The translations under genes were made by a program, and so were the position numbers. The notes under the pieces are model-generated. The model made no database searches. It was given only the letters and a program-made list of their open reading frames with translations, and was not told where the DNA came from. Shown piece after piece: positions 8,643 to 18,381 of a stretch of 64,000 bases of DNA. The stretch's first letter is position 1. Each line of letters starts with the position of its first letter. Origin of the DNA: Bacteriovoracia bacterium (lineage in GTDB: Bacteria; Bdellovibrionota; UBA1018; CAIPTA01); the NCBI GenBank assembly GCA_050246755.1, contig JBFWVL010000001.1, positions 704,001-768,000 of the forward strand. Direction: 5' to 3'.

Positions 8643-10316
8643 TTATTGCTTATCGGCTGGCTGCAATTCGGAGACTTCCGTCTCGTCCGACGAATCCTCG
8701 TCTGCGGCTTGGCCGGGCACGCCCCACACGAACGTGGTGGCGCCGCGAGCGGGTACCTCGTAAACAAGTGCACGGCAATCCGGCGTTTTCGCACGGAACT
8801 TTATAGGTTCCTTCTTGAGGTTTTCTACCACCATCACGATGCTGCCATCAGGACGCTGAAAGGCCGTGGATTGGATTTCGCCGTCCGTTTTTCCTGCCAG
8901 CTCGATGCGTTTGGTACCGGGCACGAGGAAACGGCTCACTTGCGCGAGCGCGTAGAATTCCGGATTGTATTTTACTTTGGCGTCTTTTTCCGAAAAATCC
9001 ATTTCCACGAGGCCACGGCAATTGGTGCAGCCGGAATATCCTTTGCCCCAGTTCACCGGGCCATGCTTATCGTCGAGGCACAAATTCCAGGCAATAGAGC
9101 CGGTAGTTCCCATGTTCACGGCGCCCACCGATTGGGTATCAAGCCACCAGTGAAAATCCCCGGCCTTCGCGTAGCCAGCGTCGGATCCCGAGCACTCGGT
9201 TTGGAAAAGCTCGAGGTCGGGATGGTGGTTCACCGTATCCCACATGCCCCATTTTTCGCCCCCGTAGCAATGGTACGCGATTCCTTTTAGGTATTTCTTC
9301 ACGCCCTTTACGGCGGCGATCGGATCCGCGTCGCGCTCGCTTTGGCTCCAGTTATGATCGTGGCCGAAGATGCGCTTGCTGATGCCGTGCTTCTCGAGCG
9401 TAGGCCCGAGAAAATCTCGAATAAACTCTCCCTGCTCTTCCGGCTTCATCCCCATTGAGGGCACGCCGTAGCTATCGTAGGCGGGCTCGTTCTGGATCGT
9501 GAGGCTGTCCACGGGTATCCCGCGCTTTTGGTATTCCTTAATCACCTTCACGAAATAGTTCGCGTAGGTCTGGCGGTACTGCGGCAGTAGTTTTCCGCCG
9601 TTGATCTGGCCGGAATCTTTCATCCAGGACGGTGCTGACCAAGGAGTGATCATCACCTTCAAGTTGGGATTAATCTTGCGGGCCTCGCGGATGAGCTCGA
9701 AAGATTTTTCGTCGCGGCTCATATCGAAATTCTTGAAGGTGGGATCCGGTTTATTATTCTTGGTTTCGTTATAGGTATAATTGCCCTTTTTTGCGTCGGC
9801 GAAATCGGTGCCGCCCATGGGCAAGCGAATGAGATTGAAATTGGCGCCGTTAGGCCCGAACGTTTTCTGCATGAAATCGTTCTTAAGCTTTTTCGGCAAT
9901 CGCTTGATATGCATCGTGCAGGCTTCGGTGAGGGCGGCGCCGAACCCGTACATCGTTTGAAACTTTTTGTCGGGATTGATCTCCACGGTAGGGAAATCTC
10001 CCACGGCGGCGGCCTCGGGACCGAATTTCACGTGACCCTTGCTCACGAGCGGCTGCACTTCGTCGCCGTGAATTTCGGTTTCGAATACTTGCACGTTACT
10101 GCTGGCGGCTTTACTGAGCGTGGTGGAAATGATTTTTTCCATGGTGCTCAAATGCTTGCCGGCGAGCGTGACGCCGTGGCAGCCCGGACCGGGGCAGACC
10201 ACCTGTTCTCCTGCATTTTTATTTTGCGAACAGGTATCGGCCGCCGCGATTTGGGCGCCGAGCGAAAGAAGAGTAAATAAAGGGAACGACAGAATTAGTG
10301 GCTTTGCTCTCATCAT
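8643..10316 (-). CDS. Secreted GH30 glycoside hydrolase, paralog with Cys-rich N-terminal extension and acidic tail
   Basis: GFGAALTE, RLPMGGTDF, PWSAPSWMK, QNEP, HDHNW, YHCY, QTEC, WNLCLD. Confidence 0.9.
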   Translation of the reverse strand: MMRAKPLILSFPLFTLLSLGAQIAAADTCSQNKNAGEQVVCPGPGCHGVTLAGKHLSTMEKIISTTLSKAASSNVQVFETEIHGDEVQPLVSKGHVKFGPEAAAVGDFPTVEINPDKKFQTMYGFGAALTEACTMHIKRLPKKLKNDFMQKTFGPNGANFNLIRLPMGGTDFADAKKGNYTYNETKNNKPDPTFKNFDMSRDEKSFELIREARKINPNLKVMITPWSAPSWMKDSGQINGGKLLPQYRQTYANYFVKVIKEYQKRGIPVDSLTIQNEPAYDSYGVPSMGMKPEEQGEFIRDFLGPTLEKHGISKRIFGHDHNWSQSERDADPIAAVKGVKKYLKGIAYHCYGGEKWGMWDTVNHHPDLELFQTECSGSDAGYAKAGDFHWWLDTQSVGAVNMGTTGSIAWNLCLDDKHGPVNWGKGYSGCTNCRGLVEMDFSEKDAKVKYNPEFYALAQVSRFLVPGTKRIELAGKTDGEIQSTAFQRPDGSIVMVVENLKKEPIKFRAKTPDCRALVYEVPARGATTFVWGVPGQAADEDSSDETEVSELQPADKQ

Positions 10317-10530
10317 GAAAGTCCATCCGTGAGGCCTTCACTGGCCTAGGTTTCTACCAACTAAGATTGTAGGATTGGAGCGCCTACCCAGCAACGATTT
10401 TTCTCAGGGCAAACCTGTGAAATCTATCGGCTCTTTAGATTATACCGGACCGCCCTATTCCTGTTGGCGAGTGTCCATTCTTCCAATAGAATCTAGAAAG
10501 CGCGGAAACGTGTTTGAAATTGAGGTTTTC

Positions 10531-13398
10531 ATGAGGAAAAACGCTGTGACCCTTCTTCCCTGGCTGCTCGGAACGGCCTTTCTCCTAGGCCCGTTTGGAG
10601 GGGCAAAAGCCGAAAGCACCCTGCCTATCTACAAAGACCGTAGCGCGGGAACCGAAGCGAGAATCGATGACTTGATCTCCCGCCTGACGCTCGACGAAAA
10701 GCTCGACCTCCTCGGCGGAACCGGATTCGGCTCTAAGGAAAACAAGCGCCTCGGTATCCCTTCTATTTTGATGATCGATGGTCCTCAAGGCATACGCGGG
10801 CCACGAGCCACCGCTTTTCCCTCTTCGATCACGATGGTATCTACCTGGAATCCAGAGCTGATGCGCAAGGTTTCCCGCGGAATCGGCCGCGAAGTGCGGG
10901 CCTACGGGAAAAACATGATTCTCGGCCCCTGCGTTACGCTCTACCGTGTGCCCCAAAGCGGAAGGAATTATGAGTGCTTCGGCGAAGATCCCTACCTCAA
11001 CTCGCGTTTTTCCTCGGCCTATGTAAAAGGGACCGCCGATGTAAAAGTGCTGAGCTCCACGAAGCATTTTCTGCTCAATAATCAGGAAATAAACCGAAAC
11101 TGGGTGGACATGCACGCCGACGAACGCTCGATCCACGAACTCGAGCTCCCGGCCTTTGAGGCCGCGGTGAAAGCGGGCACGGAGTCCATTATGTCTTCCT
11201 ATAATTTGGTCGACGGAGTGCACGCCGCCGAAAATAAAGAATTGCTCACCGGCCTGATCAAAGAAGGCCTCGGCTTCAAGGGATTCATCGTTTCCGACTG
11301 GGAATCCACCTACGATGGGGTGAAATCCGCGAACGCGGGCCTCGACCTCGAGATGCCCTACGGACTGCACATGGGAGCTCCGATCAAAGAAGCCGTGGAA
11401 AAAGGCGCGGTGCCGATTTCACTCGTGAACGACAAGATCCGCCGAATGATGCGCGCGCTCTACAAAATCGGCGCGATGGACGAGAAGCCAGTCGCGAATA
11501 AAACCGACCTCAACAGCAAAGAGAATCAGCAGGTTGCGCTCGAGGGCGCCCGCGAAGCGATCGTGCTCTTGAAAAACGAAAAATCGGCGCTGCCGGTGCG
11601 GCCGGCGGAAATCAAGACCATCGCGGTGATCGGGCCGAACGCCGACACGATCCGCCACCATGCTGGCGGCAGCGGGCAAGTGAGTCCCTATAAAAACGTG
11701 AGCGTGCTCGACGGGATCAAAAAGCAATTCGGCCCGAACGTGAAGGTGGTGTACGCGCAAGGCGTGAAGGTTCCCGATCACTGGGAGCTGATCAACGAGA
11801 AACTCGTGAGCTCGCGCAACGCCAAGGGACAAACGGTGGGCGGATTTCAAGTAGAATACTTCGATAACGAAGAACTTAAAGGCAAGCCCATTATCAAACG
11901 CACCGAGCCCGATATCCAGATATGGAATACCGCCACCCCCGATCCGAAACTGCAGATGGGAAAATATTCCGCCCGCTGGACCGGAAGACTGCGAGTGGAA
12001 AAAGCCGGCCCGGTAACGTTCGACATGGGCGTAACCTGGCGGGCCTACCGCGTGATCGTGGATGGCAAAGTGGTGCAGGACTATTTCGATCTACGCGGCG
12101 ATGGCGGCGATAACCGCGTGAAGATCGAGCACCTCGATGCCGGCCTGCACGATATCAAGATCGAGTACCGCAACGAAGCCGACAATTTTAAATTCTCTCT
12201 CGCCTGGGCCCAGCCTGAGGCCGACATCGCTGAAGCCGTGGCGCTTGCCAAAAAGGCCGATGCCGCCGTGGTGGTGGTGGGCACCTCCAATGATTCCGAA
12301 GGCGAGTCTATCGACCGCAAAAGTCTTTATCTTCCCGGCGATCAGGACCAGCTGATCCTCGAAGTAGCCAAAGCCAATCCTCGCACCACCGTGATCGTGA
12401 ATACCGGCGGCCCCGTGTTGATGGATAAGTGGAAAGACAAAGTTCCCGCCATCCTGCAGGCCTGGTTTCCAGGCCAAGAAGGGGGAACGGCGCTGGCTGA
12501 AATCGTGAGCGGGAAGGTGAATCCTTCCGGAAAGCTTCCCGTAACGCTGCCGAAAAAACTCGAAGATTCGCCCTCCGCCACCTACTACCACGGCCAAAGC
12601 GACAAAATCGACTACGGCAAAGTAGGGGTACTCGAAGGTTATCGAGGTTACGACGCGAAAAATATCGAGCCCGAGTTCGCGTTCGGCCACGGTCTTTCCT
12701 ATACCACTTTTCAGTATTCCGACCTGAAAGTAGATGCCGTGAGCGACAATCAAAAGGACCCTAAAGTAAAAGTGACGATGAAGCTCACCAATAGCGGAAA
12801 AGTAGCGGGGGCCGAGGCGGTGCAGCTCTACGTGGGCGAGCAAAGTCCGGAGGTGGAGCGCGCGCCCAAAGAGCTCAAGGGCTTCGAAAAAATCTCTCTG
12901 CGCCCCGGCGAATCGCGCATGGTCTCCTTCACGCTCGACGCGGAAGCCTTCCGCTATTGGAACGACAAAACCCACGCTTGGACCATCAAGCCCGGAAACT
13001 TCTCTATCTTGGTGGGCTCTTCCTCGCGCGATATCCGCCTGAAATCAGCGGTGACCATTAAACCTCCGCAGGCCGGGACGAAATCGGCCGAGCTGGGAAG
13101 CTGCAAAGAAGAACTACGCGCGTTGCTGAAGCAAAAAGAAAAGGTCACGCAGCGGCTACGGGATTTTTCCGATGCTTCCTGGTTCGCCGAGATCCGCTCC
13201 AAGCTTCACCTGGAAAGCGACTCGCTAGATCCCGCGGCTCCGCAAAGCCTAGCCGCCTGCAAAACGCAGCTAGCGCAGGCCGCCGACGCGCTGGCGAATA
13301 TGCAGAATGTAACGAAAGAATTCGCGAAGAAATTCGACTCGCGCCTTTATAAAGTGAATGCCGAAGCCGGCGCCGGCCAATCCCAAAGCGCCAACTAG
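10531..13398 (+). CDS. Secreted GH3 beta-glucosidase (GH3 N/C, PA14, Fn3-like) with an extra C-terminal helical domain
   Basis: ATG 10531 after GAGG; signal peptide; GRNYECFGEDP, KHF, IVSDW, EGESIDR, PSGKLPVT, FGHGLSYTTF, ELKGFEKI; ~110 extra residues after the Fn3 domain. Confidence 0.92.
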   Translation: MRKNAVTLLPWLLGTAFLLGPFGGAKAESTLPIYKDRSAGTEARIDDLISRLTLDEKLDLLGGTGFGSKENKRLGIPSILMIDGPQGIRGPRATAFPSSITMVSTWNPELMRKVSRGIGREVRAYGKNMILGPCVTLYRVPQSGRNYECFGEDPYLNSRFSSAYVKGTADVKVLSSTKHFLLNNQEINRNWVDMHADERSIHELELPAFEAAVKAGTESIMSSYNLVDGVHAAENKELLTGLIKEGLGFKGFIVSDWESTYDGVKSANAGLDLEMPYGLHMGAPIKEAVEKGAVPISLVNDKIRRMMRALYKIGAMDEKPVANKTDLNSKENQQVALEGAREAIVLLKNEKSALPVRPAEIKTIAVIGPNADTIRHHAGGSGQVSPYKNVSVLDGIKKQFGPNVKVVYAQGVKVPDHWELINEKLVSSRNAKGQTVGGFQVEYFDNEELKGKPIIKRTEPDIQIWNTATPDPKLQMGKYSARWTGRLRVEKAGPVTFDMGVTWRAYRVIVDGKVVQDYFDLRGDGGDNRVKIEHLDAGLHDIKIEYRNEADNFKFSLAWAQPEADIAEAVALAKKADAAVVVVGTSNDSEGESIDRKSLYLPGDQDQLILEVAKANPRTTVIVNTGGPVLMDKWKDKVPAILQAWFPGQEGGTALAEIVSGKVNPSGKLPVTLPKKLEDSPSATYYHGQSDKIDYGKVGVLEGYRGYDAKNIEPEFAFGHGLSYTTFQYSDLKVDAVSDNQKDPKVKVTMKLTNSGKVAGAEAVQLYVGEQSPEVERAPKELKGFEKISLRPGESRMVSFTLDAEAFRYWNDKTHAWTIKPGNFSILVGSSSRDIRLKSAVTIKPPQAGTKSAELGSCKEELRALLKQKEKVTQRLRDFSDASWFAEIRSKLHLESDSLDPAAPQSLAACKTQLAQAADALANMQNVTKEFAKKFDSRLYKVNAEAGAGQSQSAN

Positions 13399-13402
13399 CG
13401 CT

Positions 13403-14059
13403 TCAAAGGCCTTTTTTGATTTCCTTTAGCTCCAACTGAAATTCTTCGTCGGCCAGCAAGTGCGCGCAAATACTTTTGCCGAGCGCTTTGCCCGCTTCTA
13501 CGTCGCTCGGATGATGAACTCCCACGATCGCACGCAAATCGCCTAAATAATTTCCGTAATCCAGAATTTTTTTCGCGCGAAGGGGAAATAACTCCGCCAG
13601 CACACAGGCATCCGCCGCGGCGATCGCGGTATGCGAGCTGGGGTAAGACAGCGCGCCTTCCGGCTTATCGGCACAGGGAACGATCCGTCTATCCACGGCG
13701 AAGGGCCGCGGCCGTTCGAACTTGTGCTTGAAATAGTCGGTGATACGATCGGACAGTTTCGTTACTTTGGTGAAAAGCGGCGTGAGCGCGGTGATTTCCG
13801 GTTCAGAAAAAATTCCCGCCGATTCTCCGAATAGAGCGGCAAAGAATGGGAATCTTTGCTTCCTGGCCAAAGCGCAGTCCATTTCGCTTCGAGTACTCTG
13901 CAGCTGAAGGAGCGTGTCATAGTCTCGCTTATACGCCGCCGAGCCTTCCGCCGGGTAATCTGGAACGGAAAATTCCCGCGAAGGTAGTTTCGACCAATCC
14001 GCCAAAACTACGCCGGGAATAAAAAAAACGAGCAATACATAGGCACGATTGATTTTCAT
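13403..14059 (-). CDS. Class A nonspecific acid phosphatase (PAP2 superfamily), secreted
   Basis: KHKFERPRP, SYPSSH and LRAIVGVHHPSD match the three PAP2 motifs; signal peptide. Confidence 0.85.
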   Translation of the reverse strand: MKINRAYVLLVFFIPGVVLADWSKLPSREFSVPDYPAEGSAAYKRDYDTLLQLQSTRSEMDCALARKQRFPFFAALFGESAGIFSEPEITALTPLFTKVTKLSDRITDYFKHKFERPRPFAVDRRIVPCADKPEGALSYPSSHTAIAAADACVLAELFPLRAKKILDYGNYLGDLRAIVGVHHPSDVEAGKALGKSICAHLLADEEFQLELKEIKKGL

Positions 14060-14190
14060 GGGGAAATCCTACCCTGGGCGGCAAATTTCCGCCATTCGTT
14101 TACCTGCGGCAGTCTGCTGTCCTGACAAGGCGCATAGAAACCGCTACATATACTAGAGGCTTTATATACCGTTTGTTTGAAAGGAAATAT

Positions 14191-15273
14191 ATGCGGATCG
14201 CTTTGGTATCGCCTCTCTTCGAAAGCGTGCCCCCCCAATTCTACGGCGGAACCGAAAGAGTCGTAGCCTACTTGTCGGACGCGCTGATGAACTTAGGACA
14301 CGAGGTGACTTTATTCGCCAGCGGAGATTCTCGCACCGGGGCCCGGCTGCGTGCACCCTGCCGCCGCGCTCTACGCCTCGACAAAAGCTGCCGGGATCCA
14401 ATTCCGCATCATGTGCTCGAGCTGGCCATGGTGGAAGCCGAAGCGGGCGATTTCGATATCATTCATTTTCATACCGATCTACTGCACCTGCCGCTAGCGC
14501 GGAGATTAAATATTCCTAGCGTAACCACACTGCACGGGCGACTCGACCTTCCCGACATTAAGAATCTTTACTACGAGTTCGACGACTTACCGCTGGTTTC
14601 TATCTCCGACCACCAGCGCTTGCCGCTGGCTTTCGCGAACTGGATAAGAACCGTTCATCACGGCTTGCCGCTGGAACTGCTGAATTTTCACCCCCGGGCG
14701 GGAAACTACCTCGCGTTTCTGGGCCGAATATCCAAGGAAAAGCGCGTAGACCGGGCCATCGAAATTGCCCGGATCGCCGGAAAGAAAATCAAGATCGCCG
14801 CTAAGATCGATAAGGCCGACGAATCCTACTACCAAGGCGTGGCGCACTTTCTCCGGCAACCCCACGTGGAATTTATCGGTGAAATCAACGAGGGCCAAAA
14901 AAGCGAATTCCTCGGCAATGCCGAAGCGCTACTTTTCCCGATTGACTGGCCGGAACCATTTGGGCTCGTGATGATCGAGGCCATGGCCACGGGCACGCCG
15001 GTGATCGCCTACGGAGAAGGCTCGGTTCCCGAGATCGTTCGCGAGAGGGAAAATGGATTTATCGTGCGCTCCGTGGAAGAGGCGGCGGCGGCGGTGCATA
15101 CCTTAAAGGGAATCGATCGCGCCGGCTGCCGCGCTTCCTTCGAAAAACATTTTTCCGCCGAGAGAATGGCTCGCGATTATCTTTCGGTTTACGAAAGCCT
15201 CATCGAACAACGCGGCGGCCAGGTGATCCCGCTTACGGCCCCATCACAGCCAGCGGGCTGGAGAGCGGGATGA
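14191..15273 (+). CDS. Glycosyltransferase family 4
   Basis: VPPQFYGGTERVV, FLGRISKEK, WPEPFGLVMIEAMATGTPV; AAGGA RBS before ATG 14191. Confidence 0.92.
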   Translation: MRIALVSPLFESVPPQFYGGTERVVAYLSDALMNLGHEVTLFASGDSRTGARLRAPCRRALRLDKSCRDPIPHHVLELAMVEAEAGDFDIIHFHTDLLHLPLARRLNIPSVTTLHGRLDLPDIKNLYYEFDDLPLVSISDHQRLPLAFANWIRTVHHGLPLELLNFHPRAGNYLAFLGRISKEKRVDRAIEIARIAGKKIKIAAKIDKADESYYQGVAHFLRQPHVEFIGEINEGQKSEFLGNAEALLFPIDWPEPFGLVMIEAMATGTPVIAYGEGSVPEIVRERENGFIVRSVEEAAAAVHTLKGIDRAGCRASFEKHFSAERMARDYLSVYESLIEQRGGQVIPLTAPSQPAGWRAG

Positions 15274-17441
15274 GCCAAGAGCAGAAAAACCCCGATCAAT
15301 ACTACGTTTCGGCCAGCGCCACCCTCGCGGAAACCGAAACACGCATCCTGAAGCAGGGGGAAACCTTCGGGATCTTCGATCGCCACGGAGATCTCTATCC
15401 GATCAGCAATGACGAGCTAGGCATATATCACCGCGGCACCCGATACTTATCAGAATTCGAATTTACCATCGGCAATAGTGCCCGGCCCCTGCTGCTAAAC
15501 TCCACACTCCGCAACGACAATGGCCTCATGAAGGTGGAGATGACGAACCCCGACATGCATACCAAGGCGCAAAGAAAAATCGACAAGGGCAGCCTATACA
15601 TCCAGCGGGATAAATTTATCCTCGGGGCTTGTAGCTACGAGCAGTTTACCATTTCCAACTACTGCGCGGAGGCGATCGAGCTCGAGGCCTGCGTCCGCTT
15701 CAACTCCGACTACCGCGACATCTTCGAAATCCGCGGAATGAAACGGCCGCGCCGGGGCGAGAAACTCGAGACCATCGTGACCGGAAATCAAATTCTACTT
15801 TCTTACCGCGGCCTCGACGGCGTGGTGCGGAGCACGAGGGTAGAGCTCAGCTTCACTCCTGGGCAAATCACGAGCGACCGCGTCCATTTTACTCTCCGCG
15901 TGCCCGCGCAGGGAGTTCATTCGTTCGAGATTTCCTGCCATTTTTTCTCCGCGGGAAAACCCGGCAAAGTAATGCCTTGTTCCGAGGGCCAGGGCGCCGT
16001 GCGCGATACCCACGCGGTGGGAAAAGCCCAGTATTGCCAGATATTAACCCAGAACGAGCCTTTCAATCTCTGGCTCGAACGATCCCGCGACGATCTCGTG
16101 ATGATGACCACCGATACCGACTTCGGCGCTCCTTATCCCTATGCCGGGATTCCCTGGTACTGCTGCCCTTTCGGGCGCGACGGTATCATCACCGCCCTGC
16201 AGTGCCTCTGGGCGAACCCGGAGATGTCGCGCGGAGTGCTAGAGTTTCTCGCGCGCACCCAGGCTACCGAGAATATTCCCGAGGCCGACGCGAACCCGGG
16301 CAAAATCGTACACGAAGTGCGCGAGGGCGAAATGGCCGCTTTGAAAGAAATTCCCTTCGGCCGCTACTACGGAAGCGTGGACGCCACTCCGCTTTTTCTC
16401 GTGCTCGCCGGTGAATACTACGAGCGCACCGGCGACTTTGAGCTCATCCGGCGCCTCTGGCCAAGCCTCGAGCGCGCGCTGCACTGGATAGAAACCTACG
16501 GCGATCTCGATGGCGATGGATTCGTGGAATATAGTTCCAGTGCCGAATGCGGGCTTAAACACCAAGGCTGGAAAGATTCGCAGGATTGCGTGTTCCACGC
16601 CGACGGAACCGACGCCGAAGGGCCGATCGCGCTTTCCGAGGTGCAGGGCTATGTGTACAGCGCTAAATTGCACATGGCGAAACTTGCACGGAAAATGAAT
16701 ATGGTGGAACTCGGCGATCGCCTGGAAAAGGAATCGTTGCGCCTGCGCGAAAAATTCGATGCCGTCTTCTGGCTGCCGGAGCTCGGCACCTACGCGCTCG
16801 CCCTCGACGGCGCGAAAAAGCCTTGCCGGGTAGTGAGCTCGAACCCCGGCCACGGCCTGTTTTCCGGCATCGTGAAACCGGAACGCATGCGGCCACTCGT
16901 GGAAACTCTCATGAGCGAAAAAATGTATTCCGGCTGGGGGATCCGCACGCTGGCCACCGACGCTAGCCGCTATAATCCGATGTCGTACCACAACGGAACG
17001 GTGTGGCCCCACGATACCGCGCTGATCACCCTGGGCCTCGCGAGAGCCGGATTTAAGGCCGAAGTGGAAAAGATATTCAATGGTCTCTTCAGGGCGAGTA
17101 CTTATATGGAGCTCGCACGGCTGCCAGAGGTTTACTGTGGATTTCCGGCCCGCGACGGTGATCCGCCCACGCTCTATCCCGTAGCCTGCTCGCCACAAGC
17201 CTGGGCTTCGGCGGGAATCTACGCGCTGGTGCAATCTCTGCTGGGAATTCGCATCAACGCGCAGGAAAACAAAATTACTTTTTTCAAACCGCGGCTCCCC
17301 GCCGAACTCCGTGAGCTCCGTCTCGTGGGGCTGCAGCTCGGAGACACCTGTGTGGATGTGATCGTAAAGCACTACGAAGAAGACGTAGGGGTGCGGATCG
17401 AGCGGCGCTCCGGCAACGCCGTGGTAACCATAGAAAAGTAA
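15270..17441 (+). CDS. Amylo-alpha-1,6-glucosidase / glycogen debranching enzyme family protein
   Basis: AGIPWY..FGRDGII, PGKIVHEVR, YYGSVDATPLF, QGWKDS, YHNGTVWPHD, ACSPQAW; ATGA coupling to the GT4 gene. Confidence 0.9.
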   Translation: MSQEQKNPDQYYVSASATLAETETRILKQGETFGIFDRHGDLYPISNDELGIYHRGTRYLSEFEFTIGNSARPLLLNSTLRNDNGLMKVEMTNPDMHTKAQRKIDKGSLYIQRDKFILGACSYEQFTISNYCAEAIELEACVRFNSDYRDIFEIRGMKRPRRGEKLETIVTGNQILLSYRGLDGVVRSTRVELSFTPGQITSDRVHFTLRVPAQGVHSFEISCHFFSAGKPGKVMPCSEGQGAVRDTHAVGKAQYCQILTQNEPFNLWLERSRDDLVMMTTDTDFGAPYPYAGIPWYCCPFGRDGIITALQCLWANPEMSRGVLEFLARTQATENIPEADANPGKIVHEVREGEMAALKEIPFGRYYGSVDATPLFLVLAGEYYERTGDFELIRRLWPSLERALHWIETYGDLDGDGFVEYSSSAECGLKHQGWKDSQDCVFHADGTDAEGPIALSEVQGYVYSAKLHMAKLARKMNMVELGDRLEKESLRLREKFDAVFWLPELGTYALALDGAKKPCRVVSSNPGHGLFSGIVKPERMRPLVETLMSEKMYSGWGIRTLATDASRYNPMSYHNGTVWPHDTALITLGLARAGFKAEVEKIFNGLFRASTYMELARLPEVYCGFPARDGDPPTLYPVACSPQAWASAGIYALVQSLLGIRINAQENKITFFKPRLPAELRELRLVGLQLGDTCVDVIVKHYEEDVGVRIERRSGNAVVTIEK

Positions 17442-17538
17442 GCAATCTCAGCAAATTAGACTCGATTTTCCACCCTTCCGCCAAGCGCCTCACGGTTCCG
17501 CACATTTCCCAAATTCACCCCTGTTTTCGCGATTTTAG

Positions 17539-17566
17539 TAAGGAAATCACTTTCCTCAGCCGAATA
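17539..17566 (+). promoter_or_regulatory. Putative sigma28/FliA-type promoter
   Basis: TAAGG-N15-GCCGAATA upstream of the GAGG RBS of the gene at 17584. Confidence 0.45.
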
Positions 17567-17583
17567 GCAATTGAGGAAAACAC

Positions 17584-18381
17584 GTGGAACGCTCCCAGGA
17601 CCTCCGGAAAAAATATCCTCTCATCGCCGCGGGCGATCTACCGTTTCCCGCGCTCGAGGGAGAACAGAGCGCAAGCCTGCGGGCGTTGAACCCTGAAGAC
17701 TGGCAGGGATATTTCGTTTGTCTCTCGGCTACCGAGACCAAGCTTCGCGAACTGATCGACGAAGCTCACGCCCTGGAAATTCCCTTCACGCACATCATTA
17801 TCTACTGCGATTCGTTTCCTGCCTCTTTTCTACCACCGGCCGGCTGTGCGCTGCTCGAAGCGCATGCGGAGGAAAGCGTAGAGGATTTTCGCCATCGCCT
17901 TATGCTGAAGATCGAAGGGCAGCGCCAGCACATCATCAATCACGAACTCGAGCGCGCCGAAAAATTAGCCGCGCCGGAAGGCCTCTCCGAAGGTGAAAAA
18001 ACCTGCGCGCAAGAACGGGCCCGCTTCGCTCACGCCCTCGCCTACCTCTACGATCTTCCCCCTTCCCGCCACGCGCTCTCGATCCGCTTAGCCTACTGTG
18101 TGGGTAAGCCAGCGCTCCGCGAGAGGGTGCTCGCGGGCTGCAAGTTTGCCGTGCATCAGTATCCTGAATCCGAGGAGACGGCTTGGTCTCCCACGCTGCC
18201 GTTCGAATTCATTCTCGCCCTGTGCGCGGCGCTCACCCTGAACAGCTGTGGAAATCCCGCGCAGTTCCGGGAAGCCTTCCGCAACGGTTCCGCGTCCCTC
18301 CCCTTCAAAGTACGCAATGAACTGAAAACCCAGGTAGAAAAAATCCTCGAACCCCTCTGGGGAGGTAAGCATGCGGCTTAG
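17584..18381 (+). CDS. Hypothetical cytoplasmic protein (possibly degenerate receiver-like plus helical domain)
   Basis: GTG start after GAGG; overlaps the next gene; no clear motif. Confidence 0.65.
   Translation: MERSQDLRKKYPLIAAGDLPFPALEGEQSASLRALNPEDWQGYFVCLSATETKLRELIDEAHALEIPFTHIIIYCDSFPASFLPPAGCALLEAHAEESVEDFRHRLMLKIEGQRQHIINHELERAEKLAAPEGLSEGEKTCAQERARFAHALAYLYDLPPSRHALSIRLAYCVGKPALRERVLAGCKFAVHQYPESEETAWSPTLPFEFILALCAALTLNSCGNPAQFREAFRNGSASLPFKVRNELKTQVEKILEPLWGGKHAA

Noticed and set aside
10375-10530. N-terminal extensions in the ORF track (also 31313, 37556, 43621, 45801, 55875, 58297)
   Set aside because: Downstream starts have better RBS, signal peptide or gene-coupling support, so the extensions were not counted as coding
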